The position numbers and the translations under genes are program-made. A stretch of 64,000 nucleotides of DNA from the IMG/VR virus record IMGVR_UViG_3300042566_001780, positions 186,001 through 250,000 of that record; one strand, 5' to 3'. The notes beneath the pieces were generated by a model, which was not told where the DNA came from, made no database searches, and saw only the letters and a list, made by a program, of their open reading frames with translations. Below, in pieces: positions 16,988 through 27,665 of the stretch (positions within the stretch are counted from its first letter, which is position 1; the number at the start of each line of letters is the position of its first letter).

Positions 16988-17827
16988 TCATATGTAAAAT
17001 AGCGCGGCAACTAAAGTCATAGTTCCACTATTAACTCCGCCGCCTGCAGTAATAGAATATGTCGATAGCCCGGGGGTTATTTGATTAATGTCACCGTAAC
17101 TAGTCAAGTATGCATTGTTACTAGCTAAATTTCCAGATGATTGTGTTACCGCATTAGAATCTGTTAGGTTTTCAGAATTAACAGAAATGAAACCTGGCAA
17201 CGATGATCCACGTCTGGCAGAGGCTATGATAATGCCACGATTGACTGTTGCAGATGGTGTAATATTTGCACTTATTGATACAGGTGTTCCCGTTAATCCA
17301 TTGCTATTTGCGCTATGCTGTATTGAAGATTCTAAATTTATTGCAAATACATCAATGATACAATCTTGCCCGGTGCCAGAAAGAGTAACAACTATAGATG
17401 CTTCAGATATACTATTAGGAACATTCAAATAATGTATGGCTGAACCAACCGTAGTTCCAGGCCTCGCTACAGCGACTGTTGCTGCAATACCATCAATAGT
17501 TACACCACTTACCACAATAGAGGATGCAGAAATAAAACTGCTAACCACTACAACATATCTGTTCGCAAATGATTCGCCGATATTAACTTTCGTGAATGTA
17601 TAGGCGCTAGAATCAGTGTTGCTAATTCGTCTGTCGACTTGGGATATAGTTTGTATACTTTTAGGAAAAGAAGTAGTTGATCTTAAATTCCAAATACCCT
17701 GAGCTGTGGTATAATCAAAATTGGTTATTTGCGCAGGTTCAGGTGCTGTTGGTCTACTGGCTGTTTTTCTATCTTCCCAAACAGAAAATAATTTCCTAGT
17801 TCTAAAACCACCATATCTGTTAATCAT
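16988..17827 (-). CDS. Fibre/receptor-binding-type structural protein
   Basis: Ser/Thr-rich beta protein; GIWNL motif shared with 17824..19389; followed by a chaperone. Confidence 0.55.
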   Translation of the reverse strand: MINRYGGFRTRKLFSVWEDRKTASRPTAPEPAQITNFDYTTAQGIWNLRSTTSFPKSIQTISQVDRRISNTDSSAYTFTKVNIGESFANRYVVVVSSFISASSIVVSGVTIDGIAATVAVARPGTTVGSAIHYLNVPNSISEASIVVTLSGTGQDCIIDVFAINLESSIQHSANSNGLTGTPVSISANITPSATVNRGIIIASARRGSSLPGFISVNSENLTDSNAVTQSSGNLASNNAYLTSYGDINQITPGLSTYSITAGGGVNSGTMTLVAALFYI

Positions 17828-19389
17828 AATGGATTTGTTCCCCATTTAGCCTGAAGATATTTTCTGATGGTAAATCGTTGCTCTGCTGTTAAAATACCTT
17901 CATACACGAGGATTTCGCCAAAGGCGCCACCGGCAGTGTAGCGTGTATCTGAAGTACCTATAACCCGATATCCTAAGGTACTTGGGGATGCCCCTGAAGC
18001 AGAAGTTGGCGTCACTGTAACACCATCAATTGCAAATGAAGAGGTTGTTGTATTTGTATTGAATATCATTTCAACAATGCTAGCATCACCCTCCACAACT
18101 CCATTGCTGGCTGCATATGAATATGCCGTACTCGATGTAGCAATTTGTGGTAATCCATTTAGTCCAGTAGATGTAAACAAAACTGCATATGGGACACCGG
18201 TGGCGCTTTGCAATGCAGTAGTTGTGTCTGCTGATAAAATGCCGATACTTTTATATCCTGATACTGTATACCATGAGGCAACAAAAAATATTGTTTGCGG
18301 GGTACTAATAGTTGTTGGTGTTGCCGTTTTTAGATAGCTAACTGTAGCACTTGGGAAAGCCACAGCAGGTTTAATTAATCCATTAACGGTGGTGAGTGTG
18401 GGTATACTTGCAGATCCTGTAGTATAAACAACACCATTCTTCTTATCTTTCCAGGAAGAAATACTATTTCCCGAGCTAAATGTTAATGTGGCTGAATCAT
18501 TTGCGTCCATCCAAAGTTGCAAACCTGGTACGTTGTTTGGAATGTTCTTATTTGCAGCTTCAATTGCTGATTGCAATGACCATATTCCAGAATTCTTGTA
18601 ATTCCCATACACTGGAACTGTTGTTAATGCAGGCTTGAGTGCTAATGATACACCCGTCCAAGAATCATTTGTTGTAGATCCAGTAATTGAAAATGCAGTG
18701 GGTGTAAAGGTGCCAGATACCCATTCGTTATAACCAACGCCTAATGCGCCGTCATATGTGTCACTTCCAGAAGTCGATACAAATCCAGTCAAGTTGCCGC
18801 CGGCACTAAACGCGTAAACTGTACCAGAATATGCAGTTGCTCCTATGCTCATAATAATAGCATTTTCTGTTACTGGAGTTATTGGAGGGGGAACTGCTAA
18901 TCTACCATTTATCCCGCTAGATGTTTGCGTAGTGACATCGAGCGGGGTTGAGGCATCTGCACCACGCCAAACATACACTATCATCATCTGTGAATTTGAC
19001 GTCGACAACGCAGATGGGACAGGAAAAGTTGTATCGGGGGTACTTCCCATTACTTTATAGCTGACGTTCAATACTGAATCATATGTGTCATTAGCTGACA
19101 CTTGAGTGATTATTGTATAGCCTGAAGGTGTAGAAGGAAATGTAGTAAGGTTGGCACCTAATGCCATTGCCAGGATTACAATATCTCCTGCTTGCGGGGT
19201 ACTATTAATTCCGCCTGTTAACGCAAATGTAACATTAGTAGCAGAAGTTGATCCTGCGCGGTTATAAGTTTGACTCCCAACTAATATAGGTCGCAGATAT
19301 TGTTGGTTTTGCCCCACCACATATCTCTCTACGGATGTAAAATCTAGAGTAGCACCTATCATACCACCATTAAGAAATACACTTTCCAT
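17824..19389 (-). CDS. Two-domain adhesin-like structural protein with a C-terminal LamG/ConA-like domain
   Basis: LQLWMDANDS...ISSWKDKKNG...GEILVYEGILTAEQR..IRKYLQAKWG. Confidence 0.65.
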   Translation of the reverse strand: MESVFLNGGMIGATLDFTSVERYVVGQNQQYLRPILVGSQTYNRAGSTSATNVTFALTGGINSTPQAGDIVILAMALGANLTTFPSTPSGYTIITQVSANDTYDSVLNVSYKVMGSTPDTTFPVPSALSTSNSQMMIVYVWRGADASTPLDVTTQTSSGINGRLAVPPPITPVTENAIIMSIGATAYSGTVYAFSAGGNLTGFVSTSGSDTYDGALGVGYNEWVSGTFTPTAFSITGSTTNDSWTGVSLALKPALTTVPVYGNYKNSGIWSLQSAIEAANKNIPNNVPGLQLWMDANDSATLTFSSGNSISSWKDKKNGVVYTTGSASIPTLTTVNGLIKPAVAFPSATVSYLKTATPTTISTPQTIFFVASWYTVSGYKSIGILSADTTTALQSATGVPYAVLFTSTGLNGLPQIATSSTAYSYAASNGVVEGDASIVEMIFNTNTTTSSFAIDGVTVTPTSASGASPSTLGYRVIGTSDTRYTAGGAFGEILVYEGILTAEQRFTIRKYLQAKWGTNPL

Positions 19390-19748
19390 TAGCTAATTTC
19401 CTCATAACTGCATACTGCTTGTAAATCAGCATCAGCGCTTGCTAAACATCTAATCGCATCACCTTCCTCAAGATAAATTGCTGTGTCTTTTGAGACAACC
19501 ACTAACGTGGCATCAGCTGGAATCGTGATAGTGCTTGCTAATTTATAAGACGTAGATGATCTAAAAATATCAATGGTGATATCTGCAGAGTTAGTGCCAT
19601 CAATGTTAGATACGATCAGTGAATTAATCTTGAATATCTTTCCAGATGCAACTGAGTTCGTCACAATTGCCGTAAGAGTAGTCGTTACATCTAGTACCGA
19701 TGTTTTGCCTAGAATGTTGGTGACGTTTACTATGTTCGGGTTTGCCAT
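19389..19748 (-). CDS. Small virion structural protein
   Basis: MANPNIVNVTNILGKT...IPADATLVVV...YLEEGD. Confidence 0.6.
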   Translation of the reverse strand: MANPNIVNVTNILGKTSVLDVTTTLTAIVTNSVASGKIFKINSLIVSNIDGTNSADITIDIFRSSTSYKLASTITIPADATLVVVSKDTAIYLEEGDAIRCLASADADLQAVCSYEEIS

Positions 19749-19757
19749 TATTGTTCC

Positions 19758-20066
19758 TTAACCAAATACTATTGCCATTGCTATGGCCTTACCTGTTGTT
19801 ACATCTCCCGGTACTCCTTGAGATCCCGTATATCCTATTGCAGCATAAGCGCCTGAAGATCCAGTATACCCAGTATCTCCACGAGAACCTGTAAAACCTG
19901 CTCCCTGAGAACCCGTATAACCTAGTGATCCCGTATATCCTATTGGCGAGTTTGCATAATTTGTTACTATCCAACTATTTTTAGTGGATGAATATGTATA
20001 AAAAACCCCATTTAAGGTGTATGTTTGCCCATCAACGGGGCTTGACGGGAAGTTTAAAGCTGCCAT
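19758..20066 (-). CDS. Short collagen-like structural protein
   Basis: LNFPSSPVDGQTYT N-terminus, GYTGS repeats, TTGKAIAMAIVFG end. Confidence 0.7.
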   Translation of the reverse strand: MAALNFPSSPVDGQTYTLNGVFYTYSSTKNSWIVTNYANSPIGYTGSLGYTGSQGAGFTGSRGDTGYTGSSGAYAAIGYTGSQGVPGDVTTGKAIAMAIVFG

Positions 20067-20542
20067 TAATTATTCTCCGGTTTTAGTGGCCAAGTTATAT
20101 TAAATGGAAAACCGTCTTGACTAGGTAAATCCCTAAGCCCCTGTCTATAAATCTGCCATTTAGATGATACAGGCTCTTGAACATCTTTTAATTGTGTCCA
20201 ATCACTTTCTGCTAATAATTTATTCCGTCGTTCTCTAATATTTTGTGTAAATTCAAATAATTTTAAATTTTTCTCTTCATCCGAATATTCAATAATGTCA
20301 TATCCTAAAACCCACTGGTTGTTTAAATAAACTGGTTGCTCATGCCTTGTGCATTTATAATTAGTTGAATCATAAGACATGGCTTCTAATATTTCAACAG
20401 AAAAAATATTGTTTTCTTCTAAAATAGTTGAAGGTATTTTGGCAGGCAGAATAATATGCTTGAATTGATTTCTGAGTTCCTGCAAATCATATGGATATTT
20501 AATAGATCCATCACTATTTATTTTTACATATTGCATATTCAT
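20066..20542 (-). CDS. Tail-fibre assembly chaperone
   Basis: RRNKLLAESDWTQL...WQIYRQGLRDLPSQDGFPFNITWP. Confidence 0.85.
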   Translation of the reverse strand: MNMQYVKINSDGSIKYPYDLQELRNQFKHIILPAKIPSTILEENNIFSVEILEAMSYDSTNYKCTRHEQPVYLNNQWVLGYDIIEYSDEEKNLKLFEFTQNIRERRNKLLAESDWTQLKDVQEPVSSKWQIYRQGLRDLPSQDGFPFNITWPLKPENN

Positions 20543-20545
20543 TCC

Positions 20546-21364
20546 TTAAACATCAGCTGTATTGGTAGATGGGTATGCTCTACCAGGCCCCCACATAATT
20601 CTTATAGCGCCGCCGGTGCCTGCTCCACCAGCACTAGAAAATGTTATTGATCCCCATCCGCCAGCTCCTCCACCACCGTAATTACCCCCAGCTCCACCTG
20701 GCGTTGTGCTATCGCCATCACCACCATTTATACCTCCACTCCCACCAGCACTTGATACTGTCCCTGACGTACCCTCCCCCCTAGGGCCAACACCTCCTCC
20801 GCCGTCAGCGCGAACGCCGCTTTTACCGCTGCCACCTAAGCCGCTGTCACCATTAGCAGAATATCCGGCCGCCCCGCCACCCTGCCCGCCTGATGTTAAT
20901 GATCCACTAGAATCCCCACCATTAGCTCCGGAATATGCAGCATCGCCAATACACAAACTTGCTAATCCACCTAGCCCACCTGCCGGATTTGATCCCGATG
21001 CAGACGCTCCGCCAGTAGCGCCCGGCGCTGCAAATAGTAAGGTTTGAACATTACCCTGCCTCGAGAGTGTTGATCCTGCTGATGATATGAACACCCTAAT
21101 TCTCTCACCCGGAATAACAGGTATATTATTAGCATATGCAAGTGCTCCACCCCCACCCCCTGCGCCGCCACCATATATTGACCCAGCGCCTCCAGCCCCA
21201 CCGCTCCCTATAGCTACGGCGCATATTTTAGTAACTCCTAAAGGCACGGTAAAGATATTATTAACTGTTCCATTTCTCGTGGTGGTGGCATATATTATCT
21301 GCCCACTTTGACCAGAGTCTATTGTGTTTAGGGCATTTAAAAGGCCCTTCATAGCTTGTTTCAT
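20546..21364 (-). CDS. Glycine-rich fibre-tip protein
   Basis: FTVPLGVTKICAVAIGSGGAGG...GGGGGALAYANNIPVIPGE; GGAIRIMWG. Confidence 0.7.
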   Translation of the reverse strand: MKQAMKGLLNALNTIDSGQSGQIIYATTTRNGTVNNIFTVPLGVTKICAVAIGSGGAGGAGSIYGGGAGGGGGALAYANNIPVIPGERIRVFISSAGSTLSRQGNVQTLLFAAPGATGGASASGSNPAGGLGGLASLCIGDAAYSGANGGDSSGSLTSGGQGGGAAGYSANGDSGLGGSGKSGVRADGGGGVGPRGEGTSGTVSSAGGSGGINGGDGDSTTPGGAGGNYGGGGAGGWGSITFSSAGGAGTGGAIRIMWGPGRAYPSTNTADV

Positions 21365-23544
21365 TATGATACATTAACCATAGAAAGGACACCAAACCAA
21401 TTAACGCCACCATCATTTGTTAAAAACGTTAGCACATCAGTACCAGTTGCAGTTAATGATGGGGCAATTCCATTACTCCATTTTACAGAAGCTGGAAAAG
21501 TCATAGTAAATGATCCGCCATTTGTTATATAGATAACTATCTCATCAAATGTTAGCGGGTTAGTAAATGAAAAAGTTACATTACCATTAGCCGTAATCAC
21601 GAAAGATTCCGCAACGGTACAATCTAACGTTTTTGCCCCGCTAGTTGTTCCTAAATTAGATCCAGGTGTAGTATTATTTCCACTCGATCCTATAAAACCT
21701 TGGCTTCCTGTAAATCCCCTAGATCCAACGAAACCTGTGTTACCAAATGAGCCAGTAAATCCGGTAATTCCAATATCACCTTTTGACCCAGTATACCCTA
21801 TATCACCCCTAGATCCAGTATAACCTATTTGCGGTGTTGACGTTTCCACCCACTGATTACTGGTTCCATCATTGTAATAGACATAAAGTTTACCTAATTC
21901 AGAATCCCACCAAAGATCACCATCAACTGGTGTTAAAGGCGCAGTAGTAGATACAGTAACAGAAGCTCCGCCCCCGGAAATGCTAGTCCAAATAGTGTCA
22001 TAATCTGTGGCACTATTTTTAGTAAGCACTTGACCTGTAATACCACCTACTGCAATACCTGCACCAGCACTGCCAGTAAATCCACGTGATCCAGTAAATC
22101 CGGCAGTTCCTTGACTTCCGGTGTATCCTATGATACCTTGAGATCCAGTGAAACCAACATCTCCTTTAGAGCCAGTGAAACCTAAGTTTCCTTGAATTCC
22201 TTGGGATCCAGTAAATCCAATCAATCCCTGGCTACCAGTAAAACCAATGTCACCATTAGATCCAGTAAATCCTGCCGCGCCCGGGATGCCCTGCGATCCT
22301 GTAAAACCTGCGCCTTGGCTTCCTGTGTATCCTAACGAGCCAGCAGGACTAAATGTTAGATACAGGTTTTCTAAATATGTTGGCAATGAACCATAAATGT
22401 ATGATACATTTAAAGTGATATACTCAGTTTGTTCAGATAATGACAGAACATTGAATATGCCCCAAGAGCCATACGATGACGTGAATGATGATAAATGTAA
22501 TTGGCCTTTGCCCTGAGATACACCATCATCAAAGCTTAATAGCCACTGGGTGTAATCAGTAATCCCCAAAGCGCTAGTTTTAGCAAGATAAATTTCAGTT
22601 ACACTAGAAATCGTTGCGTTGTTATAGCGAACTGTGCCGGATATTGGACCAATACCAGGGGTAGTTGTAGTGTCAAAACTATATCGTATGCCCTCTCTAA
22701 GTCCCTGTGATCCTGTAAAACCCTGTGATCCTGTAAAACCAGTTGCGCCTCTAGACCCAGTAAAACCCTGAGATCCCGTATAGCCCTGTAAACCCTGCGC
22801 GCCGCGCGATCCAGTAAAACCAATTGCACCCTGGCTACCAGCAAAACCAATCACACCTGCGGATCCGGTGAAACCCACCCCTTGGGAGCCAGTGAAACCA
22901 ATTTCTCCATTTGATCCAGTGTATCCATAAGAACCAGTAAAACCAATTGCACCTTGGCTACCAGTGTATCCAATATTACCCTGACTACCAGTATAACCAA
23001 GTGGGCCCGCTTGCCAAGTACCATCACCTCTAAGCCAGGTTGTACTATTTGCAGTACCAGTTCCTAATCGTGCAGGTGAAGCTGTGCCAGTAGCATTACC
23101 TAAATCTAGATAATAACTGCCATGTTGCCCATCTAGTAGATCAGCATTTAGATTAGCGACTAGTGTAGTAGAAGTTATAGTTAATGGAGCTGTTCCTGTT
23201 GCTACAGAAGAAATAAATGCTAATGCTGAAACATTACCATTCACTTGAAGCTTATTTCCATTGTCTGTAGCAGAACCGAGTACTACATTCCCGCTATATT
23301 GAGCTATTTTGACTAAGCCAGTATCTAATATTTCTAACGATGGAATTCCTGAAATATCATTTACTGAGAAAATAGTGCCGGACATATTATCAGAAATACT
23401 GAATAATTGTCCATTTGTACCTTCTACTGATAGTGTAGAATCATTTGATAGCGAAATAGCAAGAGTTTTCGTCTCATCTAAAGAAACAAAATCAATATTC
23501 TGGGTTTGCAACCCATTTTTGGTAATAAATTTTTTAGTAGCCAT
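21364..23544 (-). CDS. Collagen-like fibre protein
   Basis: Three G(F/Y)TGS(Q/R/K) tracts; N-domain paralogous to 33995..37930. Confidence 0.8.
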   Translation of the reverse strand: MATKKFITKNGLQTQNIDFVSLDETKTLAISLSNDSTLSVEGTNGQLFSISDNMSGTIFSVNDISGIPSLEILDTGLVKIAQYSGNVVLGSATDNGNKLQVNGNVSALAFISSVATGTAPLTITSTTLVANLNADLLDGQHGSYYLDLGNATGTASPARLGTGTANSTTWLRGDGTWQAGPLGYTGSQGNIGYTGSQGAIGFTGSYGYTGSNGEIGFTGSQGVGFTGSAGVIGFAGSQGAIGFTGSRGAQGLQGYTGSQGFTGSRGATGFTGSQGFTGSQGLREGIRYSFDTTTTPGIGPISGTVRYNNATISSVTEIYLAKTSALGITDYTQWLLSFDDGVSQGKGQLHLSSFTSSYGSWGIFNVLSLSEQTEYITLNVSYIYGSLPTYLENLYLTFSPAGSLGYTGSQGAGFTGSQGIPGAAGFTGSNGDIGFTGSQGLIGFTGSQGIQGNLGFTGSKGDVGFTGSQGIIGYTGSQGTAGFTGSRGFTGSAGAGIAVGGITGQVLTKNSATDYDTIWTSISGGGASVTVSTTAPLTPVDGDLWWDSELGKLYVYYNDGTSNQWVETSTPQIGYTGSRGDIGYTGSKGDIGITGFTGSFGNTGFVGSRGFTGSQGFIGSSGNNTTPGSNLGTTSGAKTLDCTVAESFVITANGNVTFSFTNPLTFDEIVIYITNGGSFTMTFPASVKWSNGIAPSLTATGTDVLTFLTNDGGVNWFGVLSMVNVS
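21690..23005 (-). repeat. Gly-X-Y collagen-like tracts (GFTGSQ units), boundaries approximate
   Basis: Visible GATCCAGTAAAACC-type repeats on the plus strand. Confidence 0.8.
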
Positions 23545-23582
23545 TAATTCCCCTTGGTTCCACTATCCCCAAGCGTATATGT

Positions 23583-23590
23583 CTATTTAA
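23583..23590 (-). promoter_or_regulatory. Late-promoter-like box TTAAATAG
   Basis: About 40 bp upstream of 23544. Confidence 0.45.
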
Positions 23591-23838
23591 GCAATTATGG
23601 ATTCTGCACTCCACTCATTTGAAGAAAGAATAGTTATCATTTCTTCATGAGTGAATGGGCCCTGTTTTGAATTAAGAAGGGCAATGCAAGATGGTTCATC
23701 GCCATTCCATTTCACAAAAGTTTTAGATCTATCAACTGAACGACGAACTGTTTCTGCTGACGTTTCTAGTACTTGTGAAAAGTCAATTTTGTCAAGTTCT
23801 TCAGTTGAGAAGATAATGTAGTTTCTATTTTCGTACAT
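23587..23838 (-). CDS. Small conserved hypothetical protein associated with the LamG array
   Basis: IDFSQVLETSAETVRRSVD..KTFVKW. Confidence 0.6.
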   Translation of the reverse strand: MYENRNYIIFSTEELDKIDFSQVLETSAETVRRSVDRSKTFVKWNGDEPSCIALLNSKQGPFTHEEMITILSSNEWSAESIIA

Positions 23839-23840
23839 AA

Positions 23841-25058
23841 TTAGATTCCATAACGCGAACGTGTTGCTTCGAAGTTTTGAGAGATTTCTTCATTGGATAA
23901 CTCTCGATTGTATATTTTGAAAAATCCTAAGTCCATTGACATTCGATATTGAGTACTATTCATCCAACCTGAAATTCTTCCTAAACCTGTAGTGAATGTT
24001 CTAGCTGATGGATGTTGAATGCCGGCAGTTTGTGTTAATGCTTGATTTACACCATTCACATATATCTTATTGTTTGTATACGGATTTGTGTTGATAGATG
24101 TGGTATTAACCATTTTAAAACATAAATGTTTCCAATTATTGAAAATACCTAGATTGGTAGTTTGCGTTGGAGTTAGCCCATATCTATCAGAATTACCTGT
24201 ATTGAATCCAAGCTCTCCATTCCCACCAAAAACATTATAGGAAGTGAACCCAAATGGCATCAAGGCATTAGTGCTTTTTAATTTTACAAACATTTCAACA
24301 GTGATTACACTTCCTAAAGTCCCAGCAAAAAAATCAGAATAATTATTGACTCCATCAAATGTTAAAAAGGTATTTCCAAATGTGGGATTAGCAAAAAGTG
24401 CAGTATTTGCTTGCGGATAAAGACTGGCCCAATTAACTCTATTTTGATTATATTTTGGGTTATAGATAGAAATATTGGATGCCAATTCTACTTGGAGTCC
24501 GTCCCACCAAATAGTTGTGCCTGCGCCATTAGCATTTGGACCATCTAATCTTATTTGTATGAATGCAACTTCAGCATTACTGAATGTGATGAAATGATCA
24601 AATCTCTGCCATTCAGGCGTCACTGTTATGGTTTTTGCAGAAATTCCATACCATCCACCTCCAGCTATTGCCGCATTTCCTAAACTATTTGCTCCAAATA
24701 GGTACAGTTCGCAATTGTTTAAAGTGACTGATGATTTAGCATAAACACTAACTCGCCATGTCTGACCATTAGCTGCAGTTGAGATATTCCATTTAGCTTC
24801 ATTGTAGGATCCGATATGCGCGTCATTTCCAGTAACACTCATTTTCAGCGGAATTCCATTAGCAGGAGATTTGGAAGTTAATAAATCTCGATCTACTGTA
24901 CAACTATTTCCACTATTGTTTCCCCTAGTAGAAACATACCAATCATAAATGTCATTTCCTTTTGGAAATGTGTTTGGGCTAAAACTTCTTGGATTTGCTG
25001 CATCTAAATGAAGCACTAATCCAGTATTAGGAATTTCTGGTCCAGAAAATACTGCCAT
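23841..25058 (-). CDS. LamG/ConA-like lectin protein 5, with an inserted CBM-like domain
   Basis: GLVLHLDAANPRS...IYNRELSNEEISQNFEATRSRYGI. Confidence 0.8.
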   Translation of the reverse strand: MAVFSGPEIPNTGLVLHLDAANPRSFSPNTFPKGNDIYDWYVSTRGNNSGNSCTVDRDLLTSKSPANGIPLKMSVTGNDAHIGSYNEAKWNISTAANGQTWRVSVYAKSSVTLNNCELYLFGANSLGNAAIAGGGWYGISAKTITVTPEWQRFDHFITFSNAEVAFIQIRLDGPNANGAGTTIWWDGLQVELASNISIYNPKYNQNRVNWASLYPQANTALFANPTFGNTFLTFDGVNNYSDFFAGTLGSVITVEMFVKLKSTNALMPFGFTSYNVFGGNGELGFNTGNSDRYGLTPTQTTNLGIFNNWKHLCFKMVNTTSINTNPYTNNKIYVNGVNQALTQTAGIQHPSARTFTTGLGRISGWMNSTQYRMSMDLGFFKIYNRELSNEEISQNFEATRSRYGI

Positions 25059-25060
25059 AA

Positions 25061-25738
25061 TTAGATTCCGTAACGACCACGAAGGGCCTCAAAGTTTTGC
25101 TTTATTTCTGAATCAGCAAGTGTTCTATTGTAAAGCAAAACAAATCCCATATTCACTACGTGGTTTCCAGATGGTGACAAATCTAACCTATTCAAATTAC
25201 CATATCCAGTAAGATCTTGAGTAATAGTGTCAGTATATAAAAGATCTCCATTTTTATAATTTTTTATTTGCGTGCCATTCAACGAACATGCATAAATTTT
25301 CCATGGAAAATTTGCATAATCTGTTAATGACAACATCTGCCTGGTCCACCATGAGTTTAAATTAAAATCTTTAATATAGTGTAAAACATTTGGAGTCGCA
25401 ATTTCACGAGTATCACTAAAGAAAAATGAATTTCCACTGACATCACGAATTCTTAAAATTCCTCGGTAATTAGAAATAGGGGTACCAGTTGGGCGGGCTG
25501 AATAAATAATAGTCCAATTATTCTTTGATATTTCTGGAAATGTTATTGTCGAAGCAGATGATGCATTGAAATCAATATAAGAATTGATGATAGACAATTG
25601 ACTAAATGAAGCTGTTGGCGACGTTTTACTTAAATCATTCATTATTAGCCCAGCACCAGGATATGACTTCACATTAGCTGCATCTAATTGAAGAATTAAT
25701 CCACTATCACTAATTGTTACACCATGCCCTAGACTCAT
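25061..25738 (-). CDS. LamG/ConA-like lectin protein 4
   Basis: GLILQLDAANVKSY...LYNRTLADSEIKQNFEALRGRYGI. Confidence 0.8.
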   Translation of the reverse strand: MSLGHGVTISDSGLILQLDAANVKSYPGAGLIMNDLSKTSPTASFSQLSIINSYIDFNASSASTITFPEISKNNWTIIYSARPTGTPISNYRGILRIRDVSGNSFFFSDTREIATPNVLHYIKDFNLNSWWTRQMLSLTDYANFPWKIYACSLNGTQIKNYKNGDLLYTDTITQDLTGYGNLNRLDLSPSGNHVVNMGFVLLYNRTLADSEIKQNFEALRGRYGI

Positions 25739-26955
25739 AAACCATATCTCCTACGGCATGCATTAAAATTTTCACGAATTTCTATTTCAGAAAGCTCTCT
25801 ATCATATATTGATAGTTGTCCTATCTTTCCCGAGAAATATTCTGATGAGGCATTATGAGCTCGTCTAGCAATAGTAAATTGCGGAGCTGTATTATTAGTT
25901 ATAGTTTGAGTAATACTTCCAGTATTTACACCATTAATGTATCCTTTAGAACCAGTTGGATTAGAAGTGATAACTAAGTGATACCAAATATTTGGCAAAA
26001 TAGAATTTGCCGGGGTAACTGCATAATCACTATTACTATTTCTAAACTGTAACTGATTATTTGTAATAACCATACCGTATGCAAAACTTAAACCAGATTG
26101 GCCTAATGTAAAAATAGTTCTTTTAGCAACTGGATCTGTTACATTTATCATTGCAATAATAGTAACCGCAGTCTGATTAACGTAACTCCCAAATGTTCCA
26201 TATAGATAGTCATTAGTTCCATCAAATGTTAAACACCTAGTTGGGTCATTAGTATGCGATGGCTGATTAATGTAATCAAAATTTATCGAAGAATTTATTA
26301 GATTTTTTGATTTTACAAAGGCATTTGGGTTTGGTTGAAATTCTGATGGCTGATTTCTAAATTCAAATTGTGGTGCAGAAATATAAAAATACTCTCCAGC
26401 ATTTGGATAATATGGAACAGTTCCGGCCCCAGCATCTGCATTACCAGTATAATTAGTCATATAAAGTGCAAAACACTTTAATGAATAAGTATCATTTACC
26501 CTAATTCTGGAAATTCTAATCCACCCGTCATCTAACATGTCAATTTTAAAATTTTCATATGTAGTTGAATAGGGTTTTCTAATGACAACTCCTGTTTCTA
26601 AATCTACTGTCACACCGTCAGCATTAGATGCAATAGATGGAGACAATCTGGCATACTTATAGGTACCGGCTTTGACATATATTGAAGAGCACCACGTCAA
26701 TTGAGCTTGGAATCTTTGATAACCCTGAACCAGGTATGAAGATCCAACACCGCTAGATGTTAACTTATATACTTTTTCGCGTGTAGGAGAAACTATAGAT
26801 ATATCTTCTTCTAGGGTTAATCCAGATTTAACCCATGTTGATTGTGCTAGATCATCAGTTCTGTATATTGCATTAACAAAAGATTTAGAATTTCCATCAT
26901 CTAAACATAATATCAACCCATTAGTAGCTATTTTTGCTCCATGCCCTAAACTCAT
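25735..26955 (-). CDS. LamG/ConA-like lectin protein 3, with an inserted domain
   Basis: GLILCLDDGNSKSF...IYDRELSEIEIRENFNACRRRYGL. Confidence 0.8.
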   Translation of the reverse strand: MSLGHGAKIATNGLILCLDDGNSKSFVNAIYRTDDLAQSTWVKSGLTLEEDISIVSPTREKVYKLTSSGVGSSYLVQGYQRFQAQLTWCSSIYVKAGTYKYARLSPSIASNADGVTVDLETGVVIRKPYSTTYENFKIDMLDDGWIRISRIRVNDTYSLKCFALYMTNYTGNADAGAGTVPYYPNAGEYFYISAPQFEFRNQPSEFQPNPNAFVKSKNLINSSINFDYINQPSHTNDPTRCLTFDGTNDYLYGTFGSYVNQTAVTIIAMINVTDPVAKRTIFTLGQSGLSFAYGMVITNNQLQFRNSNSDYAVTPANSILPNIWYHLVITSNPTGSKGYINGVNTGSITQTITNNTAPQFTIARRAHNASSEYFSGKIGQLSIYDRELSEIEIRENFNACRRRYGL

Positions 26956-27665
26956 AATCCATATCTCCTACGAGTAGCTTCGAAGTTTTGTTTGATTTCT
27001 TGTGAGGAGAGCGCGCGGCTATATTCTTTTACAGATGAAATTTGTCCTCCAAATATATCTGTAGCATTAGCATCTAATCTAATACCTATGTATCCTTGGT
27101 TAACAATAGTAGCTTTAGCCGCTTTACCTGTTTTTTCTATTGATAGATTGCCGTTAATATATATTTTTGATATGCTGTTATCTAATGTAGCGGATACGTT
27201 GAACCATTTGTTTGCGGATATTAAACCATTAGCTGTAGCTAAAGTTTCATTTCCATTGTCGGTAGTGAAATACTGAAAATGTATTAGATCTCCTGCTATG
27301 TGAATACCGTGTCTTTGCTGATAGGTGTAAACTGCTAAAGTCGGCGGATTTTGTTGTTGTGTATACAGATATTGTCTAATAGCAATATTAGTTGATACTG
27401 ATGTGGTGTTAAACCACACATCTAAGGTGGTAGATGTACCTCGATTTATTGGTACTACAGAACAGTAATCATTTACTTTATCAAATGTGAAACTACCTTT
27501 GTTATTTGTGTTATACACGGCACCGTTGATCAACGTTCCATCATTTCCACTTTCAGATAAATCTGTCCATAAAGTTCCGTTGCCTGGATAACTTCTTATA
27601 TTCCCTGCATCTAAACAAAGAACTAATCCATCTTCTACAATATTAGGTCCACAATGAGCGCTCAT
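26952..27665 (-). CDS. LamG/ConA-like lectin protein 2
   Basis: DGLVLCLDAGNIRSYPGNG...YSRALSSQEIKQNFEATRRRYGL. Confidence 0.85.
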   Translation of the reverse strand: MSAHCGPNIVEDGLVLCLDAGNIRSYPGNGTLWTDLSESGNDGTLINGAVYNTNNKGSFTFDKVNDYCSVVPINRGTSTTLDVWFNTTSVSTNIAIRQYLYTQQQNPPTLAVYTYQQRHGIHIAGDLIHFQYFTTDNGNETLATANGLISANKWFNVSATLDNSISKIYINGNLSIEKTGKAAKATIVNQGYIGIRLDANATDIFGGQISSVKEYSRALSSQEIKQNFEATRRRYGL